Origin: Botryllus schlosseri | Taxonomy: Eukaryota | Reading direction: 5' to 3' | Assembly: GCA_051294905.1 (NCBI GenBank) | Contig: CM119371.1 | Coordinates: 22,570,001 to 22,634,000, forward strand | DNA: 64,000 nucleotides | Part shown: in pieces, positions 1-12,945 of the stretch | Layout of the letters: the number at the start of each line of letters is the position of its first letter | Numbering within the stretch: the first letter of the stretch is position 1 | The notes under the pieces: generated by a model | Told to the model about the DNA's origin: nothing | Database searches by the model: none | The model's input: only the letters and a program-made list of their open reading frames with translations | Made by a program: the position numbers and the translations under genes

Positions 1-127
1 TCGACTTTTCCGAAGGTGACGAATTTTCCAGAGTGTGATACGATTCATCCGACATCGAGAGTCATCATCACGCGCCTAAGTGAAACTGTCCAAGTTGAGT
101 CGCGTTCGATTGTCTGCGTTCAGCCAT

Positions 128-352
128 TGTGATTTATTCTCGTCGCTTGTAGACATGCTGAACGCCTCGTTACCAATTCAAAGTGATCTATTATCATCGC
201 TTGTGTAGAGTTGCTGACTACTTCCATATTTATTCCAAATAATTTATTCTTCTCGCCTGTATAGAGATGTCGAACGCCACCCTGCCATTTAAAAAGTGAT
301 TCATTCTCATCGCTTGTAGAGCTGGTGAACGCCTTTCTACTATTTAAGGTGA
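128..352. repeat. Degenerate ~56-bp minisatellite, ~4 units
   Basis: Recurring gtgat(t/c)tatt(c/a)tc(g/a)tcgcttgtaga...ctgaacgcc unit near 129, 183, 243 and 296. Confidence 0.7.
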
Positions 353-733
353 TATATATAGAATGTATTTTGGATCGGAGGTTCAGCAGCTCTTTGTATG
401 TTGGTCATTGTACAATCTGACTTTGCCTTGTACAATCTCACTTTGCCTATGTGGATGATGATTCGGAACTTGTATTACATTGACAATTCTGTTGACTGGG
501 ATCAGTCAAATGGGGGAGTGTTCGCGCTTGCGCATTTCATTTGTTAATCCTGATTTTAGTAATCATTTGTAATCAAGCCTTTTCAGATAGGCTGTTCTTA
601 CCGCTATATAAAGCGTCTGCGAACCACTATTTGTTGGTTATTTACGTTGACGCAAAATTGATTGTAAATCTTACTTAACTTACTTCGGTTCCTTGCTTTC
701 GTTAATCTCAATTCTGTTACGTTCGTCGGCCGT

Positions 734-864
734 ATGTTGCTGTTGCTGTGCTAAGTGTCAGCTATCTTCATCAAGTTGTATGTTGCTGTTGCTGCACTAC
801 GTGTCTGCTATCTTCATCAATTGGATGTTGCTGTTGCTACACTATTCGTCAGCTATCTTCATTC
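734..864. repeat. ~45-bp tandem repeat, 3 units
   Basis: atgttgctgttgct...gtc(a/t)gctatcttcat repeated three times. Confidence 0.85.
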
Positions 865-2803
865 GGCTTCGACTGGAGCGTGCTATTATGTTATTAAAGT
901 TATGGAACACGCGTATGAATTACAACGATTAGCATCCGTAGATAACCCCATAGACAGGCTTCTGCGCCTATAATCGGCAGCGCAGGATTCGGACTGCCGC
1001 GCAGAAACAAGGGGTTTGAAAATTTTTCAAATGTTTCGGGGTAACATCAATTTACATACGTAAATTAGATAAACCTCCTGATGTTGACGAGCTTATGCGT
1101 GCGATATATATATAGGCCGCCGTAAAATACACTTTCGCACAATGCTAAAATAACTTGAAATAACATAAATATATAATTTCATTTGTAACGAGTCCGGATG
1201 TGCTATCAATTAGCGAGTCCACGATCTCCCTTGAATGCATGTTCATTGTTCAGCAATATGAGCTCTTATTACAACGAATCAGAATTTTTCTATCACTACG
1301 TTTCGTGACCGATGATGGTGTACAAATGAATGAAAAATTTCTGGAGATAGCGTGTTGATATCCATATAGGCGATTCTCCCTAATTGGAGGCATTGATAAT
1401 ATGAATCACTGAATTGCAAATCAGCTATGAAATATTCCGTCGGCATTTCAAAGCGACATTTAATAAAGGAGAATATTACTTGAAAGATTTTTTCAAAAGT
1501 GAGTCTATTCCCCACCAGACATCCCGAAATTCCCCACCAGTGGGGAATTCCCCACCGTTTGGGAACCACTGCTCTAACGGCTTCACGTGCCGAAAATGAA
1601 ATTGCGACGGCCAACATGTATAGATCGAAGAAAATACGTTCATTTATTGAAGTAGCTGGTATCTATTTTCCGTCGATACCTACATCCAATTTAAGATATG
1701 CAGTAGCTGAACTGAAGAGTGCCAATGTGGTAAAGAACAAGTTACAAACTGAATCAGCTATAACCTTTTATATTTAGATAGTAGTAAATCAGACCCCAAA
1801 GGGGTCGGCGCGGCACAACACACTAACTTTACCACACGTCAACGTATCATAGATGCGGTTCGCAGGAGGATGTGTGAGACTGTGAGGTGGGGAGGGGAAT
1901 TGAACAGTAGCAGATATCAATAACGGAAAATATACCACAGCCACGTGTCTGCCACATTGCAAATCAAGCTTAACCTATCGTAAATGTAAGTTCTGTTACC
2001 TTCCTAAAAAGCTAGACCATCGTCGATGCGTGCATATCACTATTTGCAGAGGAGGTGAAAATCGAAGCCTTCACTGCTGTACTATACTTGGGGATTACGT
2101 CCACATATGCATCACTATATTACGCCGCGTATCATAATTTCTCAAGTAACTTACATAAGGCAGGATTTCCGATTCGAGGTGACGAGTAACAAGGCCGTTA
2201 TAGGCCATATCGTCACCTCCAGTCAACTTTGTATGTTTGACAAATCAATAAATGTCTGTCTGTCTGTTATGTCACCTACGACAATATTACTGAAATACTA
2301 TCAATGTTTAAACGGATATCTATTCCATAAAATGGTTGTGATTACTTACCACCTATACCACATTGTACTGCGCAGCTGTTGTCGTGCTGTAGTTCCCCAA
2401 GCACTTCCATAGGGGACGGTTTCCTATGTTGCCTCGGGAAAGTGTCACGTATAACAATATTAATTAAACACTTCAACATTTAAACATATATCTATTAGAT
2501 AACACACTTCAGAGTACATTCGTCCACGACATTATACCGCACTTTTGCCAATGTACAGCTATTTCCCAAGTATTGCGACATCTTAGCATTCTGCACCTTG
2601 TCATCTGTACAGCGATCAGGACCTCACTATATTGCACCAGGGAACTTGTTGACTATCCACTGTTGAATAACGTATTCGCTGGAACACGCGAATATTTTTG
2701 GAGCGGACACTACCTAACGGCCTATGGTGATTATGCTTCACCAAAGTTCTATTCCTAATATACTACTACTTTTATTATTCATCATATATTGATGATAGGT
2801 GAT

Positions 2804-3083
2804 CAGTGGTTCCCAAACTATTTCGGCTTATGGCATACTAGAAAAACTCTCAAACTGCGCCACTCGCTTCACCCTATCGACGAAATGCAGGCACACTAGA
2901 AAAATTATGTAATGCTCGCGGCACACTGACCAGAAAGTTACTTGACATATATATTTACGTGTTAATACCCGCATTTCGTAAATATGTATTTCAAGAAACT
3001 TTCTGGTCAGTATGTCACGAGCATTTGAGAATTTTTCTAGTGTGCTTGCATTATGTCGATGCGGGGAAGCCAGTGGCGCAGTT
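2804..3083. mobile_element. Palindromic hAT-type MITE remnant
   Basis: Starts with hAT-type terminus cagtggttcccaa; ~105-bp imperfect inverted arms (~2853-2959 vs ~2977-3083) around a short loop. Confidence 0.65.
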
Positions 3084-3280
3084 GTTTAAGTACCAGCGTC
3101 ACGACACCAATGGCAGTGTTTCGAATCCCGGTTCGGACCTGTTTCTGTATCGGGGGTTTATCTGGGTTCTTCATCGCTGACCTCACTGCATACGCGGCGT
3201 CGTACGAAAAGCCCATATGAGTCAAGTACAGCCGGGCCTACAAAATCGGCTGCAACAGACCTTGACGTGGTCGCATGGAA
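3069..3280 (+). mobile_element. tRNA-derived SINE (family 1)
   Basis: Pol III A-box-like tggcgcagttg (~3074) and B-box-like tttcgaatcc (~3119); body gggtttatctgggttcttcatcgctgacctca...gaaaag shared with the reverse copy at ~13660-13853. Confidence 0.7.
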
Positions 3281-5120
3281 ACGAGAATGGAGGTTGCGAA
3301 TGAATTTGTGTCTAGAAATTATCCGCGAAGCATGCCGGAAGCAAGGACATACGAACTAGGGGTAGTGCAAACCCCTGAGAGTTTTCAGTTCGTGTCAGGA
3401 TGTCTGAAGATATACCAGTCATAGACGGTTACAGTCTTTTGTACTGATAACACGTTTCACCTAATCTGAGATATAATATTACAGTACTATTTTATGAGTG
3501 GCTTATATCGATACACAATACGCATGCATCCAGCCCTTTATTTTTATTTCATGATTGCAAAAACTGTTCACAGTGCAGGTTGAATAACGAAAAACATTTT
3601 ACGCGGCTAACGGCCTCGGCAGGCATGTTTGATTTTCCATTAACACGCATGCGATAAGGGAACATATCATTCGCTGTTGTGAGAGTAGTCGTAAATTATA
3701 TCCACAGATAGCTGTAATTCATACCAATTCAATACTAACAAGATCTTGGATATTGGTGTTGTACAAGATGGCCACTGTGACTAGTAAGGCCGTGCAAATA
3801 TACCCGAGGATTACGTCGTAATTCAGGTGGCTATTGCATGTAATAATGTGACAGAAACAGCGATGCTATCCGATTTCGATATCATAGGCTTTAGCTGTTC
3901 CCGTCCATGATATGGGCATATCATCTTAGTATATTGACACCAAAACTCGCAATGTTTCATATTGGTATGAAAAGATACATTACCGTATTGCGCAGAAACG
4001 ACGGAAGCGTGTCACCTATATAATGAGACAATTTGTTAGGATTGTGTTAGGCCGTTGCAAATTAGTTATTTATATCTATAAAAATGTTATATAGACAACA
4101 ATATGTACTCTGAAAACACAAACACGAAAGTGAGTGGCTGAAAAGTGGCTGCCACGCGCGCCTCATCGACACGGGGTATGGGTCATCATACGCAAACCGC
4201 CAACTTCCAGCGCAAGTGAGCAGTATATCAGAAGTCATATCTACAAAACTACATGCCGGATTCAAGTCATTCAGAGCTCTTTCGAGAGATAACATCGCCC
4301 TGAAGTCATTCAAGCAATCATCAGAACATATTACGGTGTAAAAATCACGTCACGGCCAATTGAATTACAGTCTTCTCATTTCCTGGAGAGAAATCAGAAC
4401 ACATGGTGGTATAATATCATGACCTATGGTCTTTGAACTAATTTAATTAGTTCGTTTTGTTGCGCATTGAAATGCGGTATCCGGCAATGTTTTGGTGATC
4501 GGTTGAAGTCCCGTGGTTCCGAGTTTATGAACAACTTCGTGGCCATTCAAATTTTGGCATTGAGGCCCGCTGTTCCAGGAAGGTTAACTTGTGCAGACTT
4601 GGTGCAGCTCGCTCTTTTCTTTACATACCCATCAGTTAGTAACTTTTTCTGATATATAGTCATTTTCTTTACTGCTTCACTACTCTGACATACTACAATT
4701 AATCCATAAATGCATGCTGACGCAACAATCGGCGTAAGTCACACAAGATCAACACCATATACATTTGCAAATACCCTATAACCAGTCCGCTGCAGTCCTT
4801 GTTCATTCAAATCATGTCAAAGTTAATGGACAGTGAAATACCTTCACCGGTACGTCTATAGGTGTGGTTAGAGATGGTTCAAGTGTTTTTTGTTCTACAT
4901 CTCCCAAAGACTTATTTATTTATCTTCTCTATTATTCTTAAAAGCTTCTTTGCCCACTTATCGCGAAGCTTGGACGCGTTTTTTCCTATTCATAGTGTGT
5001 TTTAGGCCACGAGCAGTATGATTCAGTTGATACATTGGATATATTCTATAATTGCTTATGGTGAGTATTGACATGGAGGTATATCCTAATGACATTTATT
5101 ACTGTGCGATTACATTAACG

Positions 5121-5701
5121 CAGTGGTTCTCAACCTTTTTGTCTTCATTCCCCACTTCAGATTCATTCCGAGTGTTCATTACCCACTACCCAAAACTCCT
5201 ATACCCATAAAAATGGCCCCGTCGAGGGTGAGTGATACCTGTGATATCTGACTGATACCTGCGTATATAGCCACAGGGCCCTTCAAAATAAGGTAACCAC
5301 ATTTTGAGAAAAGAAGACATTTTTATAAATTCTGAAAGCTCCAAGAAAACTGGTGATTTTGAAAATTCTTCGACCAATAGTATTGTGTTGACTAAAAAAA
5401 AAGTCATCACATTGACTCGGCTCGCGATTTTTTACGAAACTCTGATGTTCGCCGCGTGCCGTTGGATTCGCATTTTTCGTGGCATTTAAATCGTTTTTAG
5501 AAAAAAAGAGGGCAAATTCCCCGAAAATAGGACATTTAGCACTTTCAATTAATAAACTTCTGTACATACATTCCAAAGCAGTTACCTGGTCGCTCATGTG
5601 TTTCCGTAAATGTGTAGACTATACTGTATAATGTATATAATGTTCAACAAATGCGTCTATTCCCCACCGGTGGGAAATTCCCCACCGGTTAGGAACCATT
5701 G
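5121..5701 (+). mobile_element. hAT (Charlie/Buster-type) MITE
   Basis: TIRs cagtggttct / aggaaccattg; perfect 8-bp TSD cattaacg. Related reverse copy at 30640-31082 and a related right end at ~1500-1571. Confidence 0.9.
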
Positions 5702-6419
5702 CATTAACGGTAACTAATACACAATCTAAATTGCTTTCAAGATTCGATCGCATCACTGCTATCAGTAGAAAACACGACATGATATCGATACAGTGGAAAG
5801 ATGAGTAGCATTAGAAACGGCTTCGTGCCTCAATTCAACATCCACGTAGTTCTACGAATAGCAATAGAAAATGGAAAAATCAGGTAACGCACATCGATCG
5901 AGAGTTGAAGAACTATATCCCAAAATGAAAGCCCAATGGAAATGGGAAGGTATATAAGTTTGTTCGCTTGTGGTATTCGTGGTGTTTGTGGTATTCATGG
6001 TGTTTTAGGCTTTAATAAGACACCGCTTATGCGGAACACGTCACGAAGAGGAGCCAAGATAAACATTCAAAGCTAGGAATTATGGAGTCAACTTATGCAT
6101 CGATCCCGCATCCCATTGGTGTTGCTAATACATCGAATATAAAAATGGAATAGCTCGATAGATTATCTACAAAACCATACCAAATTTCAAGAAACAAATC
6201 TATGGCTCTATTGGTGACCGGTGTACTGCAAAATCCCCCAAACCTCTCTAACTTGGTTCGCATGACTCGATGTCCTAACATTTTCGGTCCAATATCGCCC
6301 CCAATCGGCCCTTTGGTATTTTCACCCTCCCGTTTATCTAATTCACCCACTGGGGGCGGTATCGCGCACGTTGGGAACAACTGGGTTATATAGTGAAATA
6401 GTCTTAGTGTCGTCCTACA

Positions 6420-6660
6420 TCATCAGTGTTATTGTATGTTTATGTCAAACACTATAAAGTACCATGCCAAATAACGAAAAAGACTATAGGCGTCGCATAA
6501 CTGCAAATATTCGGGAGTTTGTCGCCCTATATAAGACCTATGTGCTATGTCATCATTGTTATTTTGTATTATGTCAAACACTATGTACAGTACATTGCCA
6601 AATAGCGAAAAAGACTAGGAATCGCATAAATGCATATATTTGGGAGTTTGTTGCCTGCCC
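6420..6660. repeat. Local tandem duplication, two ~130-bp units
   Basis: ttatgtcaaacactat...gccaaata(a/g)cgaaaaagacta...tcgcataa.tgca.atatt.gggagtttgt occurs twice. Confidence 0.8.
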
Positions 6661-7339
6661 TGTTCCCCGTCGGGCATGCTTTATATCCTACAGAAACCAG
6701 TAGGAAGTTTACTGCCTATGTATACCCGGAATAAAAAAAACATATCGGCCTGGAGGCCGGTACCGAAGAGTCGGGTAATTTCTTTGACCCGCGAATCGAT
6801 GATCAGTGAACGAAACTAATGCTCTTATTATCCAGCATACCGAGATCAAAATTCGAAACTTTTAATAACAGACAATCCCACGTCAATAATTTCCCATGGC
6901 CGCAAATGTAGAACATACTCATAAAGCAACTGATATCCACTATATAGTCAGTATTGTAACAGCTATGCTGAAAAAAAATCTGGTATATTCACTAGCCTCA
7001 GGATGGACAACAGTTTTACCTGCTCTAGTAGCCTTGATACTAAAAATTACTGATGTTGATATATTCTTTGCATTAACATTGATAACCAGAATTCGTACAC
7101 GGGAAAGTTTCGAGGAAAAAAAACGGAAAGTTGGTTATTCACAGAGTCGGAATCGTCAACGATAAACCGTCGTATGCAAGTTACATGGTGCTACTCGAAG
7201 ATTATAATGCAACTATCATTGGCCATACGGCTAAATAAGTTTTGATGCCAAAGCTTTCCAGCATTATAAAATGTTATTTGCTGTATTCTATGCATTATTT
7301 AATGTACACTTTCAAGGTATCACTGCTTAGGTAATAGGT

Positions 7340-10300
7340 TTCTTCACCCACTTATAATTTTAGTGCGGTGATTTTGTTCAGTACGGACGTTCAATAACCT
7401 CGTCTTATCCCGTAACTGAAAATCGAATCTGTTGAATTCCGATTGATGGTTCAAGAAAAGCGAACAAAACCAAACTGAAAAAGTCCCCGTTCATTGTTAC
7501 ATCTTTTGTCTTCCGCAAACGCATATATACGCAGGCCAACGACGCATCACGACAAAATCAGAATTACGATAAATCTTGATGCACGTACCGTCCCGTTCCT
7601 GTAATAACTGAACCTTCTCGTATATGCCTAAATATGAATATAATTTCCTTCGATATTAAATTGCCGAACCTCAGACTCATTTCCCATTGCCTTTCTATTG
7701 AGTCAATCAATCTACGCGTGAATGCGAATCGCCCTTCCAACCCGCGCTGGCCGCGCAGCAGGTCAAAAGATGATACAAAACGGGCTGTCGGCCACTATGG
7801 ATTCCCTTTTTGTATCATCTTCAAATCCGTTACCATTAGGGACAGTTTCATTGGAAGCGAAGCATACAGAATTGCCGCTGATCCTTCTGTTGAATGGATT
7901 TCAAGTCAACGTAACGATGAATCAGTTATAGTATCAAATCAGAGTGTCTTATATGGTGTCGACACAGGCAAACCTCACGCCTCAGTGAAATTGTATCACG
8001 TCACAATTTCCATTTGGCTACAGGCAATTTGACGGTCATATTTGACCGGCTTGCCGAGCATTAAATATGGTAAAACGGGTATCAATCAAAAGCTGACTCT
8101 GCACTGATTACGAAAATATAAATTTTATTCCGCTCGTGGCCCTGGAACTGCCACAATCAGCCTCGAATTTTTCATTGTTATGGAGATTGGCATTGGGACG
8201 TAACAATGCTGTCTGGCTCTTTTTCTCTTGAGCTACTCTCTCGTTTCGCCAGACAGCATTGTGGCGTCCCAATGCCAATCTTCATAACATTGAAACATTC
8301 GAGGCTGATTGTGGGAGTTCCATGGCCACGAGCGGAATAAAATTTATATTTTCGTAATCAGTGCAAAGTCAGCTTTCGATTGATACCCGTTTTACCATAT
8401 TTAATGCTCGGCAAGCCGGTCAAATATGACCGTCAAATTGCCTGTAGCCAAATGGAAATTGTGACGTGATACAATGTCACTGATGCGTGAGATTTGCTTG
8501 TGTCGACACCATATAGGACACTATGATCAAATGCACTGTATTTACGGCGACCCATTCGCCTGCGCATTGGAATACGTCTTCATCGAAATTGGTGTCAAGA
8601 TGCCCATGTCAACCTCGATTATATATTTTGTAACCGTATTTACTGGCAGCTTACACTATGACGGCGGATATATGAATGAATATAACGAAATAATGTTATT
8701 GACTGTATGCAACAGATATTGTATCTGGAAGTAAATTTGCCATACTTTGTTTGATTGCGCTGACGAGCTATTGGGTTTTGCAGCAATCGTCAGTGGTTTT
8801 AAAACGACATTATTGTGAATTATAATATTACTGTTATGGCTGTTACGACCGGACTGATACGATTCATAGTGTTCAAGTTCAAACATGAACCTCTTATGCG
8901 ACCTCAAATGACATATTGCCTGTTGCACTCCGCCAGAAATTATTTCCCATATATTTGTGATCTGTGAAGCATTGTGATATAATACCGTGGTTTGATCAGC
9001 GTGTAAAACAATTATTATTTTCATAATAATATGTAGCCTTACGTGAGATGTTGCGAATGCTCAATCTAGGTCTCGCGGCTAAGCTGATGGTAAACATGGA
9101 AACTATATTTGACGCTGATGATATATATTGCTAGTCGCAGGGGTCGCATATATTCGTTTAGATGAAACTGACACGCGTTATTATTCCCGAACAATTAAAA
9201 TACATATTCCAATGAGTTTGAGTACTCGAATTATTGTATGTATTCCCAGCTATAGTCACATTGTTAAATATACTTTAGAACCGAGTTGTTATATGTAATT
9301 TCAATTTCCCTATGCCTACCTCTTTATTTTCTACCAGGCGCGTCCGCGTACCGACAAAACATTTTGTCGAAGTTTTCCAGCACAGAATCTCGAAATCTAC
9401 GTATAACAGTGATAACATGACATGTAGGAAGTACAGGAGTATCCAAACTCTGGACGAATTAGGATGAGGGAATCAATCGGGAAAACTTTGACATGCGGCG
9501 AAGCAATAATCAATATCCCTGTCCGTCTCTTCCACGTCTCCATCTCAGACGAGACACGACCGCCTCTATATCCTAACAATATATGTAACTGTCACTTGTC
9601 AGTTATTTTTCACGATAGATGGTTCTTACTGCTTCACTGCCCTTACATAATCCGCAAAATCACACTGACGCAGCAAAAGACATAAACTACAGAAGATCCA
9701 CGCCGTACACCTTCGCAAATACCCGCCCACCAATCCGCCGTATTTGCTCTTTTAAATCTCGTCAATAGACAATTAATTACCCCCACTCGAAGGTCTACGG
9801 GTGGATTAAGTTGTTAAGTTGGATCACGGGTTTTTGTCAATACTCATATTTATTTATCTCCTCAACAATCCAGAAGATCTTCTTTGTTCGCCAAGCTCGT
9901 AGGTGTTTAATCATCTGCATGATCTGTTGTGTGAGCAGTATGATTCCGTACATACATTCTATGTAATCAATTTCCTGATGGTGACGATTTATATGGTGGC
10001 ATATCCTGATGACTTTCGTTACCGTGTACGATTCTAGTTTTGTTGTTATTAAAGAAAAAATAAATTTCAACTCTTTATTATTGGCGACGGATTTTCATAT
10101 CTCGATAATATATTAAAGTTAGCTTATCACTATGTCTCGCCGATCGACTCAGAGACCTACTGTATTAATATTGCAATTGCCTCCAACGATGCACTCAATT
10201 TATTCAATATTTCTATCAGTTCAAAACACAACATAATAGCGATCCAATTTAAAAGATGGGTAGACTTCGGAACGAATTGGCCAACACAATGAAACATCCA

Positions 10301-10410
10301 CTTATAGTTATACGAATAGCAATAGAAAATGGAAAAAATCAGGCAACCCATATTAAACGAGAGTTGAAGACAGTAGCCAAATATGAAAGCCCAATATAAA
10401 TGTAAATGCA
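7340..10410 (-). pseudogene. Decayed coding sequence of an unidentified multicopy gene family
   Basis: Long, nearly open minus-strand frames with scattered stops (e.g. ...FAFTRRLIDSIERQWEMSLRFGNLISKE..., ...DLKEQIRRIGGRVFAKVYGVDLL...). The same frame is kept in paralogous blocks at ~4640-5110 and ~21520-23850. Interrupted by the 7940-8525 foldback. Confidence 0.5.
7940..8525. mobile_element. Foldback MITE, P-element-like termini
   Basis: ~275-bp near-perfect inverted arms around a ~30-bp loop; termini CAGAG...CTATG; 7-bp TSD atcaaat at 7933-7939 and 8526-8532. Confidence 0.85.
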
Positions 10411-11274
10411 TGTTTCGCTGAGTAGCACAGGAGAGGTTACGATACGATACGTGTCAACAGTCACAAAATATACAGGAAGACTTGATGTTGATATAGATTT
10501 GCTTGATTTGGCATATATTGCCGTATATGTCAATATTGCTACACACCAGCACTGTGCGGGCCTTGCCAGGTGTATCAAATTAACAATCTGCTTCAGCGAC
10601 CCTAAAAATCACAATTTCGCAGCGGCGAAATTATATATTGATTGCAGCAGAAAATTGGTATCGTGATCCCATTTTCGAGTTTTAACATAGTATTGACGAA
10701 CGAATATTGCTATTGCCTGAAACGTCTCCGGATTTAGCGTTGGCCGTGTGTCCATATAAGCCTCGGGTGAATAGATCATTGAATTAGCAATGTTACATAA
10801 CGTGCAGTATGCTACCCAGCATAGACAGAGCATTTAAGTGGCTCGTGGGTTAGTGGATGTGTTTTCAGAGTCCAATGATGTAAATAGTGTTTGTCTTGTC
10901 GAAGGAGTTGCTACATAAATTGTGGTTAATGAAAGGGTATTGCTTCATTGTGTGTTTACCATGCCATGAGTTGTTTGATAGTTTATTTTGGCAACAGATC
11001 AAAATTAGACTATTTAGTTTCAATGCTGCAACGTCCAAACCTTTAAATCGCAATCATTCGTGTAGTAGGCCTATCACAGCATCCGATACATGCCTTCTGT
11101 TGCAAGGCACGATAGCGCAAATGAGACTTTTGTGAAGCCGCGATCAATACCCAATCAATAGTACAATGACGTAAATAAGATCGAAAAAGATGGAAAACTA
11201 TTCTTCAAAAAGTATTGGAATGGACGTTTCGCGAAAGTCGAGTCCACGTAAGGTCGATTTGACATCCTTATATC

Positions 11275-12628
11275 CAGGCCGTGTTATTTTTGGCATTTCA
11301 GGAGCCAGATGCCAAAAATGCCAAAATTAAAAATTTGAAAATGCCAAAAATAAGCAATTTTTGGCATATGCCAAAAATAACACGGCCTGTCAAATAGTGT
11401 ATTTCGTTCATGGTGTTGTGTTAACAGGACCGCGTTACAAGCGAGAAGAGCGTTTGTGAAAGGCAGGTTTCTTAATCTGGGTCCAGCCCATCCATTAGGG
11501 GTGAAAGCATGGTGTCCTAAATGGTGTGGGCACAGCGAGATTGAACGGCTGACTGCATTTGGTTACGTCATACTTTCCATTTGTCCAAAGGCAATTTTAC
11601 GACCATTTTTGACCGGCTTGTTGAGTACAAAATTTGATGAAACGGGTATCAATGAGAAGCTGCCGCAGTACTGATTATTAAAGTATAAATTACATTCTGC
11701 TCATGGAACTGGAATCCCCAAAATCAACCACGATTTTTGCATTGTGAACGAGCTGAACATTGTGACGCAACAAACTGTCTGGATATTTCTGAGCGACATA
11801 GTCTCGTTTTGCCAGACAGTCTTGTTGCGTCAATGTTCTTAAACAAGCTAACCTTCCCAGGACTATTCCATGCGAGTTGGTAATATTAAAGCCACCTGAA
11901 GTGACAAAAGTCCTCCGAAAATATATCGGTAGACTGAAGGAGAAATGATAAACGGGCTACTAAATAGAATGTGTTGAGAGACAACACAGGAAACTCCTGG
12001 AAAAGGATCGGGAAGAAAATTATTTCCGCGATGAGATCGATGGCACTGGCGAAGTGATCTCTTTTAATGATGCATGAAGCCGGCTCGGCTCTCCAAAGAT
12101 TTTGAAGCTCTGAATGAAGCTCTGTGGATGACTGGCAACATTCTTTCCCTCAACGGCTACTGTTGAAGCCGATATTTCCCAGATTCGCTGGGCGAGAAAT
12201 AAATTTAGGAGAAACTTAGCTGACCTGAGTTTGGAAGCACTGTTACAGTGCAAACGATTTAAGTCTATTCAACAGCTGTAACAATCAGCTGTTGAGCGTG
12301 TTTGTTAGGCTTCTCTTTCTTTTTTTTGCTTATTGGCACCGATTCCGATGGATACTGCACATTTTGTGGTTTCGTTTGATATTATTAACCTATGAAATCG
12401 TTAGGTTTTTTCTTCTTATTGTTTGTTGGCACTGATTATACGTGGATGCTGCACATTTTGTGGTGTCTTTTGACAAACTAGCCCAAATAAAGCGTTTTTG
12501 TGACTAATTCGAGGCTGAAACTATCTATTTAGAGGACGATGCCAAAACTGCCAAAAATAAAAACCGAAAAATGCCAAAAATAAGTTATTTTTGGCAGTTT
12601 TGACATATGCCAAAAATAACACGGCCTG
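11275..12628 (+). mobile_element. 1.35-kb non-autonomous hAT element, copy 1, with transposase C-terminal remnant
   Basis: TIRs caggccgtgttattttt / aaaaataacacggcctg. ~11845-12281 translates (broken) to ...CG*LATFFPSTATVEADISQIRWARNKFRRNLADLSLEALLQCKRF, resembling a hAT dimerisation domain. TSD imperfect (ttatatc on both sides). An empty paralogous site is visible at ~27835-27865. Confidence 0.85.
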
Positions 12629-12945
12629 CGGTTATATCCGATCATTATATCGCACTGTGTCTCTCGTATGAGCTTGTACATTGTGTTTTCATGCAGAACA
12701 ACTCCGTAGATCGATTTGTTGCGTGACTGTAATCCGTCCCTGGGGGGCGATATCGCCCACGTTGGGAACCAATGCTTTAAACAGTGGCTCTAACGAAGAT
12801 ATAATTTGGAATATTTCCATACTGTCGCTGTAATAATTATGATGTCTCATTGACCCTACGTATTTGTGGAAGGAATACTAGAGATTGTATACCTCGGGTG
12901 CTAGAAATTTGATCTGTTTTTCTGGAGACATGCGTTGAGGCCTTT

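Noticed and set aside
11456..11674. Repeated 72-aa ORF (also 62328-62546) as a conserved small protein
   Set aside because: It is repeated only because it lies in the transposon, spans captured non-coding MITE sequence and is disrupted in copy 2.
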